A stretch of 56,457 nt of DNA from Candidatus Omnitrophota bacterium (GCA_043823005.1 JBDRBG010000030.1:1-56457), one strand, 5' to 3'; shown: positions 16,993 through 26,552, counted from the stretch's first letter. Notes: generated by a model from the sequence alone, not told the origin. Program-made: numbers and translations.

Positions 16993-18675
16993 ATGGATAA
17001 ACTTGGGCAGATACTTTTTAAAGCGGGCGCGCTTAGCGAGAAGCAGTTAAACATGGCCTGGGCGCAGAGCCGCAAGACAGGCGAGATGTTCGGAAAAGTC
17101 TTGCTGGATATGGGCTATGTTACTGAAGAACAGCTTCTCGAAGCGTTAAGCAAACAACTGGACATGCCTTTTTATCCGACTTTAAAGGATGTCGATATTT
17201 CGGCAGATGTTATAAAAACAATACCTGTTAAATATGTATGGCACTATAAATTCATGCCGTTGGCTATTGATGGAAATGTTCTGAAATTAGCTATTTCTGA
17301 TCCTCTTGAGATCTGGGCGACGGAAGATATAAAACTTATTTTAGGATATAACACAAATATTGTTTTGGCTCCGAGCAGTGAGATACTTGAGACGATTTAT
17401 AAGTATTACGGGGTCGGCGCTGATACAGTCCGTAAGATATTAGAAAAAAAAGTTCCTGACAAGCAGGCTGAAAAAAAAGATGCTGAAAAAAAAGTAAAAG
17501 ATATAGCCGTAACAGCCGAAGAAGCCTCGGTAGTGAAACTTGTCGATCAGATTTTGATGTCAGCTATTAAATCTAACGCAACGGATGTACACCTTGAAAA
17601 ATACAGGGAGGGCGTTAAAATAAGATGCCGTGTTGACGGGATCTTGTATGATGTGGCTCTTCCCGAAGATATTAAATATTTATATCCGTCAATAATTTCC
17701 CGCATAAAGATAATATCCGGGCTGGATGTCGTGGAAAAAAGGGTGCCGCAGGACGTCAGGATAAAGATAAAGGTTCATGGTTCGGAAATAGATTTGCGTG
17801 TATCGGTTATACCTGTTTCGTACGGAGAAAATATTGTTGTAAGAATACTCCATACAGGATTAATCTATAAACTGGAACAATTGGGGTTTTTAAAAGAAGA
17901 TCTACATAAACTGAAGACTCTTATTCATCTTCCTATAGGGCTAATATTTCTTGCCGGGCCTACCGGAAGCGGTAAAACGACTACTTTATATGCTTGTCTT
18001 TCTGAAATAAAATCACCGGATACTAAAATAATTACCATAGAGGATCCTGTTGAATATGAAATGGAAGATATGATGCAAATTCAGATTGCGCCGCGTATGG
18101 GGTTATCTTTTTCCGATAGTTTGCGGAGCATATTAAGGCATGATCCGGATATTATCATGGTCGGAGAAGTGAGAGATACTGAAACCGCTAAACTCGCGAT
18201 AAGAAGCGCTCTTATCGGACATCTTATTTTTTCTACAATACACGCTAATGACGCGACAAGCGGGATTGCCCGTTTAATAGATATGGGAGTAGAACCTTTT
18301 TTGCTGGTTTCAGCGGTAAAAGGGTTTATCGCGCAAAGGCTGGTAAGGGTTATATGCACTAAATGTAAAGTTGAATATAATGCCGGCGCATTGCTGGAAA
18401 AGCAAAAAATACCTATAAAAAAATGTTATAAGGGAAAAGGATGCAAAGCATGCAGGTTTACCGGATATAGAGGTAGAACCGCTATTTATGAACTTTTTCT
18501 TATGGAAAAAGAGATGCAGGATATGGTGTTAAAGAAAGCTTCCAGTCATGATATCAGGCGCAAAGCCGCAGAAAAGGGAATGGTATCATTAAGAAAGATA
18601 GGATGGAAGAAGGTGGAAGAAGGCATTACTACGGTTGAAGAAGTATTGCGGGTAACGGAGATGGATTATAAATAG
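16993..18675 (+). CDS. gspE: Type II secretion / type IV pilus assembly ATPase (PilB/GspE family)
   Basis: N-terminal MshEN/T2SSE_N-like domain (LGQILFKAGALSEKQL...LAISDPLE). Walker A GPTGSGKTTT, Walker B DIIMVGEVRD and His box STIHANDA are present. A tetracysteine cluster reads CTKC...CKGKGCKAC. Confidence 0.92.
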   Translation: MDKLGQILFKAGALSEKQLNMAWAQSRKTGEMFGKVLLDMGYVTEEQLLEALSKQLDMPFYPTLKDVDISADVIKTIPVKYVWHYKFMPLAIDGNVLKLAISDPLEIWATEDIKLILGYNTNIVLAPSSEILETIYKYYGVGADTVRKILEKKVPDKQAEKKDAEKKVKDIAVTAEEASVVKLVDQILMSAIKSNATDVHLEKYREGVKIRCRVDGILYDVALPEDIKYLYPSIISRIKIISGLDVVEKRVPQDVRIKIKVHGSEIDLRVSVIPVSYGENIVVRILHTGLIYKLEQLGFLKEDLHKLKTLIHLPIGLIFLAGPTGSGKTTTLYACLSEIKSPDTKIITIEDPVEYEMEDMMQIQIAPRMGLSFSDSLRSILRHDPDIIMVGEVRDTETAKLAIRSALIGHLIFSTIHANDATSGIARLIDMGVEPFLLVSAVKGFIAQRLVRVICTKCKVEYNAGALLEKQKIPIKKCYKGKGCKACRFTGYRGRTAIYELFLMEKEMQDMVLKKASSHDIRRKAAEKGMVSLRKIGWKKVEEGITTVEEVLRVTEMDYK

Positions 18676-18760
18676 AGAATACAGATGCTGTCTGTTGACG
18701 GTTAGTCAGAATGTTTGCAGGAGCCGTCTCTGTGCTGTGATATGCGGATTCGGCTCTGGC

Positions 18761-18954
18761 GGAAAGCAATCTCGAAGAGCAATAAAAACATAAATTTTAT
18801 GGGTAACTTATATTATTGAGATTGCCGCGGTCGCTCCGCTCCCTCGCAAAGACGGGGGATTGCCGCGGTCGCTCTTGCTTCCGCGCAAAGACAAAATTTA
18901 AATTACGATACACCCTGATTGCGGGGAGGAACGAAGTGACGCCGCGGTATTCTC
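18761..18954. repeat. Composite element copy 2 plus extra family A units between gspE and gspF
   Basis: Collinear with 13703-13831. The reverse A unit is tandemly duplicated (18818-18853 and 18858-18892). A forward A-like unit GATTGCGGGGAGGAACGAAGTGACGCCGCGGTATTCTC lies at 18917-18954. Confidence 0.8.
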
Positions 18955-18981
18955 AATAGAAAAAATATAAGAAAGACTAAT

Positions 18982-20223
18982 ATGAAGTTCAAATATAAAG
19001 CTAAAAAAGGGCCTAAAGAGATCGTCGAAGGTTTAATCGAAGCGGCAGATGAACACAATGCTGTGGCGGAAGTGCGTAAATTAGGGTTGGTGCCTGTAAC
19101 TATCCAAAAGCGCGGAGAGAAAACGCGAAAAGATGAAAACGAGAAGCGTTCTTCACAGAAAAATTTCGCGTTATTTTCCGGAGACAACATACCACAAAAA
19201 CATATTTATAGTTTTACTAAGAAATTTAAGACTTTGATAAAAGCTCATGAGTCTGTGCTGAAAAGCCTGCAATTTTTGCAGGAAAGAGCTGAAACTAAAG
19301 CCATGGAACAAATGCTTTCGACTATAATCGAATCAGTGCGGGAGGGCCATAGTTTGTCGGAAAGTTTCTCTCTTTTTCCTCAATATTTTTCATCTTTATA
19401 TAGAGGAATAATAACGGCAGGTGAAGTCAGCGGGAGAATGGATTACGCGCTTGAGCAGATAGCGGCTTATCTTGACAAAGAAAAACAGTTGTCTCGAAAA
19501 ATAGTTTCGAGTCTGGCTTATCCCATGGTTATGATAGCTGTCGGCATATTAACACTGGTAGCTCTTATCACTTTTGTTATCCCTAAAATAAAAGTACTTT
19601 TTGAAGATTTTGTAGATAAATTGCCGTTTGTTACAAAAGTACTTTTGAATGTTTCGGAAGCTTTTTCGACTTATGCCGGAGTAATCCTGGGTTTATTTGC
19701 CGTTATTTTTTTGTCTTGTGTTTATACAAGAAATTCTTTGTGGCAGAAAAAGTTAGCGGGTATTGTAAAAAAAAGAATGCCGGTAATAAAAAAAATAATA
19801 TATAATCAGTCTTTATATCGTTTTACAAACGGGGTATCTGTGCTTTTGACAAGCGGAGTATCACTTTTGGATTCAATCAGAAGCGCGATACCGTTGGTAG
19901 ATGACGATGACGCCAAAATACAGCTGGAAAAAGCGTGTCAGCAAATAGTCGAAGGCGTTGATCTTGAGGAAAGTCTTCGAGAAAACTGTTCTTTTTTGAC
20001 AGATACTTTTGTAAGAATGATTGCGGTCGGTGAAGCCAGCGGGAAATTGGATGAAATGCTTGCTGAACTTGCGGAAAATTATGCCGAAGAAGTTGATACG
20101 GAAACGAAAATAGTTACTTCACTTATTGAACCTATAGCGGTGCTTGTCGTAGGCGGCCTTCTCAGTTTTATTGTCATAGCGATATTACTTCCTATTTTTG
20201 AAATGAGCGCGTTTGTTCGTTAA
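18982..20223 (+). CDS. gspF: Type II secretion / type IV pilus platform protein (GspF/PilC family)
   Basis: 413 aa with three TM segments. The GspF domain is duplicated, with AGEVSGRMDYALEQIAAYL and VGEASGKLDEMLAELAENY. Confidence 0.9.
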   Translation: MKFKYKAKKGPKEIVEGLIEAADEHNAVAEVRKLGLVPVTIQKRGEKTRKDENEKRSSQKNFALFSGDNIPQKHIYSFTKKFKTLIKAHESVLKSLQFLQERAETKAMEQMLSTIIESVREGHSLSESFSLFPQYFSSLYRGIITAGEVSGRMDYALEQIAAYLDKEKQLSRKIVSSLAYPMVMIAVGILTLVALITFVIPKIKVLFEDFVDKLPFVTKVLLNVSEAFSTYAGVILGLFAVIFLSCVYTRNSLWQKKLAGIVKKRMPVIKKIIYNQSLYRFTNGVSVLLTSGVSLLDSIRSAIPLVDDDDAKIQLEKACQQIVEGVDLEESLRENCSFLTDTFVRMIAVGEASGKLDEMLAELAENYAEEVDTETKIVTSLIEPIAVLVVGGLLSFIVIAILLPIFEMSAFVR

Positions 20224-20276
20224 GATGTATGTTTTATTCCGGAGCAAGGAGAAAAGGACAAAAGGATGTCTAAAAT

Positions 20277-21686
20277 ATGATAGTTTTTGAGATAAACGCT
20301 ACGAATATAAAGGCTCTTTGGGGTAGAACGATACTTAAAGAACCGCAAATAAGCGGTATTGTGGTTAAACAATTAAAGACAGATACTTTGGAAGAAATAG
20401 AAAAAACTGTTTCTTCTATTTTAGATATTAACCTTTATAAGAAATATAAGCCTCTTGCATTGTGTATGCCGCGGGATCAGGTTATCCTGAGAAATTTAAA
20501 ATTTCCGGCTAAAGGGTCTCAGGAACTGGAGGATATTATCAGTTTGCATCTTACTCAGGAAGTTCCTTATTCCAGAGAAGAGATAATTTATAATTATTCC
20601 GTTTTAGAAAAAGAACCTTCGGGGTTTAGCTATGTTCTGCTCGGAATTTTGCATCGCCAGAAACTAATAAAACAATTTTCGGTTTTTGAAAGGCTAAATT
20701 ATTATCCGGAAAATGTTTTATTAAGCACCTTTGGGGTGCTTAATTTCTTGTGTAAGGCAAAAGCAGCAAAGGAAAATGATACTCGGTTAAAGGCCTGTCT
20801 GGACATAGGCGACAGATTTTCGGATTTTTTTCTTTTTCGAGGAAATAAGGTACTTTTCAGTAAAAGTATACCTATGGAAGGGTTCCAACTTAATGATGAT
20901 AAACAGCTGAACAGGTTTATGTCGCAGATTAAGCAAGCAATGGTTGTTTCCAGGGCGGGCAGAACTGAAAACCTTTCAGTGGCGTATATATCCGGTATGG
21001 GGCCGGAAAGGCCTTATCTGGAAAGGAAAGTAAGCGATATTTTTCAAGTGCCGGTACAGGGCATAAATCCCTTAGAAATGGTACCTACTTTGAAGCCGTT
21101 TAAAAACATTGATAACATAATAGGACATACGTCTATATCAGCTATGCTTGGTATCGCGGTTTCTCCGTTATCTTCCCGGTTTAATCTGATCCTTCCGGAA
21201 GCGAAACTTAGAAAGAATATCAGGGAGACTACAAAAAACCTTTTTGTTTTGGGCGGAGTAATAATTTATATAATTGTAATAATGCTGATGACTTTTATGG
21301 GCAAAATATACAACAGGCAGAGTTATTTAAATAAATTATCCGCGGAAATAAATATAATGGAGCATGCTAATATCGATACTAAAAAGGCTCTTGATAGAAT
21401 CAAGGTTCTGCGTAAATTTACTAAATACAAAGAGTCGGTTTTGTATTATTATTATGAGCTGGCAAAGATGATACCGGAAGATATCACCATTAACAGGCTG
21501 CTTTTTGTGAAGAACAAAGAATTTTCAATGGTGGGTGAAGGCGCGGACATGGGAGAAATCTTTAAGTTTGTGAGAGAGCTTAATCATAAGGAACTATTTG
21601 GGGAGGCCGAACTGAGATATTCAAGAAAGGCCACAAAACAGGGCCGGGAATACAACGAATTTAATATTGTGTGCCATGTTAAATAG
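20277..21686 (+). CDS. PilM-PilN fusion (GspL-like) assembly protein
   Basis: The N-terminal ~310 aa are actin-like PilM-type (IVFEINATNIKAL, CLDIGDRFSDFFLFRGNKVLFSKSIPMEG). A single TM helix LFVLGGVIIYIIVIMLMTFMG follows, then a PilN-like periplasmic domain. Confidence 0.7.
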   Translation: MIVFEINATNIKALWGRTILKEPQISGIVVKQLKTDTLEEIEKTVSSILDINLYKKYKPLALCMPRDQVILRNLKFPAKGSQELEDIISLHLTQEVPYSREEIIYNYSVLEKEPSGFSYVLLGILHRQKLIKQFSVFERLNYYPENVLLSTFGVLNFLCKAKAAKENDTRLKACLDIGDRFSDFFLFRGNKVLFSKSIPMEGFQLNDDKQLNRFMSQIKQAMVVSRAGRTENLSVAYISGMGPERPYLERKVSDIFQVPVQGINPLEMVPTLKPFKNIDNIIGHTSISAMLGIAVSPLSSRFNLILPEAKLRKNIRETTKNLFVLGGVIIYIIVIMLMTFMGKIYNRQSYLNKLSAEINIMEHANIDTKKALDRIKVLRKFTKYKESVLYYYYELAKMIPEDITINRLLFVKNKEFSMVGEGADMGEIFKFVRELNHKELFGEAELRYSRKATKQGREYNEFNIVCHVK

Positions 21687-21738
21687 TCGTTAGTCGGGGG
21701 TCGTTAGTTGAGAGTCGGGGGCGGTTCGTGAACCGCCC
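21683..21738 (+). repeat. Family B repeat overlapping the pilMN stop, plus a 9-bp-stem GC hairpin
   Basis: GTTAAATAGTCGTTAGTCG is identical to the atpF copy. Here the in-frame stop is TAG at 21684-21686. The hairpin GGGCGGTTC-GT-GAACCGCCC lies at 21719-21738. Confidence 0.85.
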
Positions 21739-21783
21739 TGATAAGGATAAAGTCAGAAAGCGGAGTGAAGGGTAACTAAAAAA

Positions 21784-22323
21784 ATGACTTCTATAAAATT
21801 GAACAAACGTGAAGCAGTACTGGCGATAATAGTAAGCCTTATTGTCGCGGTTTTTATAATCGAAAGAATGGTTGTCTCTCCTTTTCTTGAGAAAGCAAAG
21901 AGCATGACAGTTGAAACAGAAGCAAAGGAAAGACAGTTAGCGAGGATTTTGCAGATAGATTCTCAGCGAGAATCTATAACCGGTAGTATGGACAAGGTTA
22001 GTTCGTATATAGAGATAAAGGAACAGGGTGAAGGCCTTTTTTCCGTAATAATGAAAAAGATTGAAGAGATGTCACAGGAGAACAGGATTGTTTTGTTAAA
22101 CATGAAACCTAAAAACATAGAAGGGAAAAAAGGTGAGAGCTATGAGATCAAGAATATAGCTCTTAACATAGAAGGCGTACACCACAATATTATTCGGTTT
22201 ATGTACCAACTGGAAAATGGAGAGTACCTTTTGCGTATAAACCGGTTGGATTTAAAGGTGAAAGATAGACCTAAAGGGATAATGTCAGCGACACTCGATG
22301 TTTATTTGATATATTTTCGGTAG
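21784..22323 (+). CDS. PilO/GspM-like inner-membrane assembly protein
   Basis: 179 aa with an N-terminal TM helix (AVLAIIVSLIVAVFII), a coiled coil, and a C-terminal ferredoxin-like segment (IALNIEGVHHNIIRFMYQLENGEYLLRINRLDL) typical of PilO. Confidence 0.6.
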   Translation: MTSIKLNKREAVLAIIVSLIVAVFIIERMVVSPFLEKAKSMTVETEAKERQLARILQIDSQRESITGSMDKVSSYIEIKEQGEGLFSVIMKKIEEMSQENRIVLLNMKPKNIEGKKGESYEIKNIALNIEGVHHNIIRFMYQLENGEYLLRINRLDLKVKDRPKGIMSATLDVYLIYFR

Positions 22324-22340
22324 AATGTTGATAAAAAACA

Positions 22341-22582
22341 AACCACAGAGAACTCTGAGGGGGAAAGAATTACTCGGTGTTCTCCAGAAAAATATTTTTT
22401 GGCAGATATCAAAGATATAATATTTTTGTATTTCAACGCAACGAAAAAGTATTTTTAGTAAATATAATGTAATGAAATGTTGGTGATTAAAAAACTTTGT
22501 TTTAAGAGGCCACAGAGATAGGCTGAAACAGAAAAAGTGCTAAAGATTGATACTGAAAAAATTCTCTGTGTTCTCTGTGGTT
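22341..22582. repeat. 242-bp segment bounded by perfect 13-bp inverted repeats, in the leader of the pseudopilin operon
   Basis: AACCACAGAGAAC (22341-22353) and GTTCTCTGTGGTT (22570-22582). There is also a local hairpin GAGAACTCTGAG...CTCGGTGTTCTC at about 22347-22385. Confidence 0.75.
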
Positions 22583-22623
22583 AAATTCCGAAAAGGTCAA
22601 ATTGGTGAAAAGGAGAGGTATAT

Positions 22624-23034
22624 ATGGATAAGAAGGGCACAAAAGGGTTTACGCTTATTGAGATATTATTGGTTATTACTATTATAGGAGTATTGGCCGC
22701 AATGGTCATTCCTAGATTTGCAGGCAGGACTCAGCAGACAAAAGTAGCTGTTGCGCAGACAGATGTTGACGTAAACATTCCGCTTGCTTTGGATTTATAC
22801 GAACTTGATATGGGAGAGTTCCCCAAAGGGCTTAATGTTCTAATGGAAAATATAGACAGCAGTGACAGTTGGAAAGGGCCATATTTGAAAAAAATACCGA
22901 AAGATCCATGGGGAACTCAATATTATTATCAATATCCCGGGGAATATAATCAATACAGTTATGATTTGTATTCTGCCGGCGCTGACGGCCAGGCTGAAAC
23001 AAATGATGATATTGCTAATTGGGAGAAGAAATAA
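22624..23034 (+). CDS. gspG: Major pseudopilin GspG
   Basis: Prepilin leader MDKKGTKG then FTLIEILLVITIIGVLAAMVIPRF, with E at +5. The GspG-type C-terminus is DPWGTQYYYQYPGEYNQYSYDLYSAGADGQAETNDDIANW. A strong RBS AAGGAGAGG precedes the start. Confidence 0.9.
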   Translation: MDKKGTKGFTLIEILLVITIIGVLAAMVIPRFAGRTQQTKVAVAQTDVDVNIPLALDLYELDMGEFPKGLNVLMENIDSSDSWKGPYLKKIPKDPWGTQYYYQYPGEYNQYSYDLYSAGADGQAETNDDIANWEKK

Positions 23035-23061
23035 AGTATGGATTAACAGTCAACCAAACAC

Positions 23062-23096
23062 GTCTTTGCGAGGGAGCAAGAGCGACCGCGGCAATC
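23062..23096 (+). repeat. Family A unit (forward) between gspG and the next pseudopilin gene
   Basis: Identical 35-mer to 16856-16890. Confidence 0.9.
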
Positions 23097-23121
23097 CCCA
23101 AAAAGTGTATAAACGGATTAT

Positions 23122-23613
23122 ATGCTACATACAAAAATAAATATGCAAAAAGATTCTAACAAAGGCTTTAGTATGGTGGAAATGATGATAGCCGTCATTA
23201 TTGTCGGGGTTTGTATGGTGGCATCATTAAGGGTATTTTTTGTGTGCACGCTTGCTGTTTCCGGAGCAAAGAACAGTATTTCCGCGTTAGAAGCGATACG
23301 CGATAAAATGGATGCGTTGAAGATTAATGTTGTCGAGAATGGAGGTGTGGACCTTGCTTCTCAGATAGAAGAAGATATATTGCTGGCTGATGGTAATAAA
23401 TTGGCCATGCATAGCGAAATTTTGGAATGGAAGGCTCCGGTTGCGGAAGAGGATGCAGCGGAATCTGTGTCAGAGCAGGAAGAACAATTTAGCGGTTTAT
23501 GTGAGGTTTTTTGGCAGTTTGTTTGGGGAGACGCAAGGGGCGATACTACTGTAAAGATGAAGAATATTTTGCCGTTTAAAGGATATAGACAACAGTTTTA
23601 TGGAAAACAATAA
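23122..23613 (+). CDS. Minor pseudopilin (GspH/I-like); the start may instead be the ATG at 23143
   Basis: Prepilin-type N-terminus ...SNKG then FSMVEMMIAVIIVGV. Confidence 0.65.
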   Translation: MLHTKINMQKDSNKGFSMVEMMIAVIIVGVCMVASLRVFFVCTLAVSGAKNSISALEAIRDKMDALKINVVENGGVDLASQIEEDILLADGNKLAMHSEILEWKAPVAEEDAAESVSEQEEQFSGLCEVFWQFVWGDARGDTTVKMKNILPFKGYRQQFYGKQ

Positions 23614-24214
23614 AACGAAAAATTCAAAAGAAAGAAAAAACTCCTATATGCGGGGAAAGAGCAGTAAATTAACTAAAGGGTTTACTTTAGTTGAAATATT
23701 TCTGGTAGCATCGCTTTTAGGCGGATTAATGCTTACTATTTTTTCCGTATATGCTTCGGGAATAAAAATATGGCGGACAATAAAAGATATTGAATTGATC
23801 AAAGACCGAAAATTTATAATTTCTTTTGAGAAAATAAAAAGAGAATTGAGCGGATACATAAGAAATTATTCGCAAATTGAATTTGAAGGAAGTAGTGATA
23901 AAATAGTGTTCCCGTATGTTCGGGGAAAGGATATTTTAAAAATTACCTATGAATTTGATAAAAATGACAGAGTTTTAAAGAGAAAAACAGTTAAACTTAC
24001 AGGGGCCTTAAAAGATGAAATGGATGAAGAAACGGCTGATCTTTTGGACGCTGATGATGTTGAGATTTCTTATTTTTATTATGATGATCTTGAAAAAACA
24101 GGAAGTTGGATCGGGACTTTTTATGAAAGCGAGAATGGCTCTCCTGAAATAATAAAATTCAATTTTTCAAGGGGCGAAAAAAAGTTTGACAGGTTTGTGT
24201 TTATTCCGAGATAG
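23600..24214 (+). CDS. Minor pseudopilin (GspJ-like); the start may instead be the ATG at 23648
   Basis: Prepilin-type N-terminus ...LTKG then FTLVEIFLVASLLGGLML. Confidence 0.65.
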   Translation: MENNKTKNSKERKNSYMRGKSSKLTKGFTLVEIFLVASLLGGLMLTIFSVYASGIKIWRTIKDIELIKDRKFIISFEKIKRELSGYIRNYSQIEFEGSSDKIVFPYVRGKDILKITYEFDKNDRVLKRKTVKLTGALKDEMDEETADLLDADDVEISYFYYDDLEKTGSWIGTFYESENGSPEIIKFNFSRGEKKFDRFVFIPR

Positions 24215-24268
24215 ATAGGGCTGATATTGGAGGGTGATGGTTGAGAACGATAAAAGGGAAAATGAAAC

Positions 24269-24405
24269 GAGATTGTCCGCCAGAGGCGGATCCGCCTCTG
24301 GCGGACCGCGCTCCTCTACGCTCCCTCGCAAAGACAGAAGGATGTCATCGCGAGGAGGAACGAACTTTTTTTGTCATTGCGAGCGACTAACGGGAGCGTG
24401 GCAAG
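24269..24405. repeat. Family A units, one carrying a perfect 32-nt palindrome
   Basis: GAGATTGTCCGCCAGAGGCGGATCCGCCTCTGGCGGACCGCGCTCC...CTCGCAAAGAC (reverse unit). The palindrome GTCCGCCAGAGGCGGATCCGCCTCTGGCGGAC lies at 24275-24306. Two forward units follow: GTCATCGCGAGGAGGAACGAAC and GTCATTGCGAGCGACTAACGGGAGCGTGGCAAG. Confidence 0.8.
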
Positions 24406-24433
24406 TTGAATTCAAAAGATACGTATAAAAATC

Positions 24434-25294
24434 ATGAGACTCAAGGTTGCTAAAACAAAAAACGGTATGGTGCTTATAATGGTTGTCTGGCTTATTTCGA
24501 TCCTTGCTGTTTTTGGTATAGGATTGGCAAGGTTTTCATGGTCAGCGTATCATTTTGCGCAATGGCAAATAAATAATTTTCTAGCCGGTCCTGCTATGGA
24601 AAATGTGCTTTTGATATCTAAATTTGACAGGATGAATGATAGTACGCCTGCATATGACACATTATTCGAATTCACGAACGCCGGAAAATATGATGCCGGT
24701 ATGCTTACGGTCGAATACTCAATTATCGATGAAGAGAGATGGATAAATATAAATAAAACTCCCAGCTTGATTTTGAAAGATCTGCCTGAAATGGATATGG
24801 ATAAAGCTGTAGCTGTTGTTAATTCGGAATATAAACCTTATTATCCGAAAGAAGAACTTATGTATGTTGAAGAGATTACTGAAACAGAATACGAAGGGCT
24901 AAAAGATTTCATAACAATATACGGTTTGGGCAAGATTAACTTCAATACATGCGGTGAGGATGTTTTGGCCTTCCTGGGCCTGGATCAGGATCTTATCGAG
25001 GATATTGTGTTTTATCGAAAAGGGGAGGATGGAGATTTCGGAACAGAAGATGACGGCATTTTTACTTCTACCGGGAGCATAGTAAATACAATTATGTCTA
25101 ATTCTAGTATAACATCTTCAGAGAAAACAAAATTGGAGACACTGATATCAAAGGGAATGCTGGGAGTATCTTCGGATAATTACAGGATAGAAGCCGGAGT
25201 ATATTTTAAAACAAAAAAAATAGCCGGATATTCTGTGATTTTCGGTCCAGGCAAAACTCTCGGTACATACGCAGTTAAGGAATGGAGGGAATAA
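24434..25294 (+). CDS. gspK: Minor pseudopilin GspK-like
   Basis: N-terminal hydrophobic NGMVLIMVVWLISILAV without the +5 Glu. Two helix-hairpin-helix-like segments, ININKTPSLILKDLP and INFNTCGEDVLAFLGL, are characteristic of GspK. Confidence 0.65.
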   Translation: MRLKVAKTKNGMVLIMVVWLISILAVFGIGLARFSWSAYHFAQWQINNFLAGPAMENVLLISKFDRMNDSTPAYDTLFEFTNAGKYDAGMLTVEYSIIDEERWININKTPSLILKDLPEMDMDKAVAVVNSEYKPYYPKEELMYVEEITETEYEGLKDFITIYGLGKINFNTCGEDVLAFLGLDQDLIEDIVFYRKGEDGDFGTEDDGIFTSTGSIVNTIMSNSSITSSEKTKLETLISKGMLGVSSDNYRIEAGVYFKTKKIAGYSVIFGPGKTLGTYAVKEWRE

Positions 25295-25335
25295 GTGTCT
25301 TAGAAGTCGAACGCAAGCAGACTATACCTTTTTTT

Positions 25336-25360
25336 GAGATTGCCGCGGTTGTTACGTTCC
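25336..25360 (-). repeat. Partial family A unit in the convergent gap
   Basis: GAGATTGCCGCGGTTGTTACGTTCC. Confidence 0.6.
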
Positions 25361-25383
25361 TGCCGGTAGGCTATATGTGCTGT

Positions 25384-26043
25384 TTACTTCTCCTGACTGG
25401 TTGTGTTTAAGACGGCAAAGGCTTGTTTGTAGATTTTATAGGCTTGTTCGAAATCCATTTCTTTGTAATATTTGTTTCCCTCTTTCATTAGTTCTTCCGC
25501 TTTTTCTATTCTTTGAGTTTCTTGTTCGGGACTCAATAACGGCTGTAAATCTTCTTTTGCCTTCGGGAGTTCGGATTTTACTTCTGTTTTTTTCTCGAAA
25601 AGTTTTTCAAAGGGTTTGCTGATTTTTTCTTTTTGTTCGGTTTCGATCCGGAAAATTCGGGTTTCCAGTTCTTTTAATAATCGAATTTCATTTTCTATTT
25701 TTTCCCTACGAGCAAGCTTTGTTTCCGGCCGGTAATCTTTTTTTTGTTCCAATGCTTTGGGTCCGCACAGACTTAAATATTCGCGAGCCTCTTTATTCTC
25801 GGGGTCTTTGCGTAAAGCTTCTTCAAACTTTTTTTGGGCATTCAAATAATCCTTTTTAGAATAAAAAACCTTTCCTTCTTCTACTAACGCGCAGGCAAGA
25901 AAAATACCGGTGGCCAGTTCAGTGAGGTCTTTGGGTGAAATGTCTGTTCGGTTTGTCTCCTCATGAGAGTCCCCGTAAATAGACGCGGAGGATACTGTCA
26001 GGAATAGAAAAAGCGGAAAAATTTTTTTTAAAATAACATTCAT
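25384..26043 (-). CDS. Secreted TPR-like / K-E-rich coiled-coil protein
   Basis: Signal peptide KKIFPLFLFLTVSSASIYG. Single TPR-like motifs (YSKKDYLNAQKKFEEALRKDPENKEAREYL; GNKYYKEMDFEQAYKIYKQA) are separated by charged helices. A 4-nt overlap with the upstream gene suggests an operon. Confidence 0.6.
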   Translation of the reverse strand: MNVILKKIFPLFLFLTVSSASIYGDSHEETNRTDISPKDLTELATGIFLACALVEEGKVFYSKKDYLNAQKKFEEALRKDPENKEAREYLSLCGPKALEQKKDYRPETKLARREKIENEIRLLKELETRIFRIETEQKEKISKPFEKLFEKKTEVKSELPKAKEDLQPLLSPEQETQRIEKAEELMKEGNKYYKEMDFEQAYKIYKQAFAVLNTTSQEK

Positions 26044-26552
26044 GTGATTTTCTGTTCCCCTTGTTTACTTTTTAAACGGTTTAATTCAGATTCAATTTTC
26101 CGCAGGAGTTGATAAGCCTGCTCTTTTTTAGTTTTTTTCAGTTCCCCCAATTTTTTCTTTAATTTCGAAGAAACTTTTTTTTGTTCTTTGCCAGCCTGCT
26201 CTTGAAGTGTCTTGTTTTTTTTGTCTATGTAATCCTGTAATTCTGAATTTTTTTTGCTGATTTCCAGGATTTTCTCGTAACATTGCGCGGCTTGTTCGTA
26301 TCTTTCAAGTTTTTCCAGTTTTTCGGCTAAAAAAAAGAATTCTTCAAGTTCTTTTTTGATAAATTGCAGGTGTTTCACATGCCGTTCTTCTTCTATTTTT
26401 TTCTGAATATCCTGATATGAAACCAGCGAGCTGTTGTATAAACGCCGGATTTCATTTTTTTGCGCGTCAATAGATTGAGCCGGGGATATGTCAGCGCGTA
26501 ACGCGATTATTATAACTGTTATAGTATTTATGGCAACAATAATTTTATTCAT
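26040..26552 (-). CDS. Secreted coiled-coil protein
   Basis: Signal/anchor NKIIVAINTITVIIIALRA followed by K/E-rich heptad-like sequence. Start and stop overlap the neighbouring genes. Confidence 0.55.
   Translation of the reverse strand: MNKIIVAINTITVIIIALRADISPAQSIDAQKNEIRRLYNSSLVSYQDIQKKIEEERHVKHLQFIKKELEEFFFLAEKLEKLERYEQAAQCYEKILEISKKNSELQDYIDKKNKTLQEQAGKEQKKVSSKLKKKLGELKKTKKEQAYQLLRKIESELNRLKSKQGEQKIT

Noticed and set aside
24234-24428. 64-aa ORF between the pseudopilin genes
   Set aside because: It is composed entirely of family A units and the 32-nt palindrome (SARGGSASGG arises from the palindrome).
13627-25360. Possible CRISPR array, because a ~35-nt repeat recurs many times
   Set aside because: Copies occur in both orientations, with irregular spacing from tens of nt to several kb, interleaved with essential genes. 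They are not separated by uniform-length spacers, and no cas genes are present. This is a dispersed REP-like family, not CRISPR.
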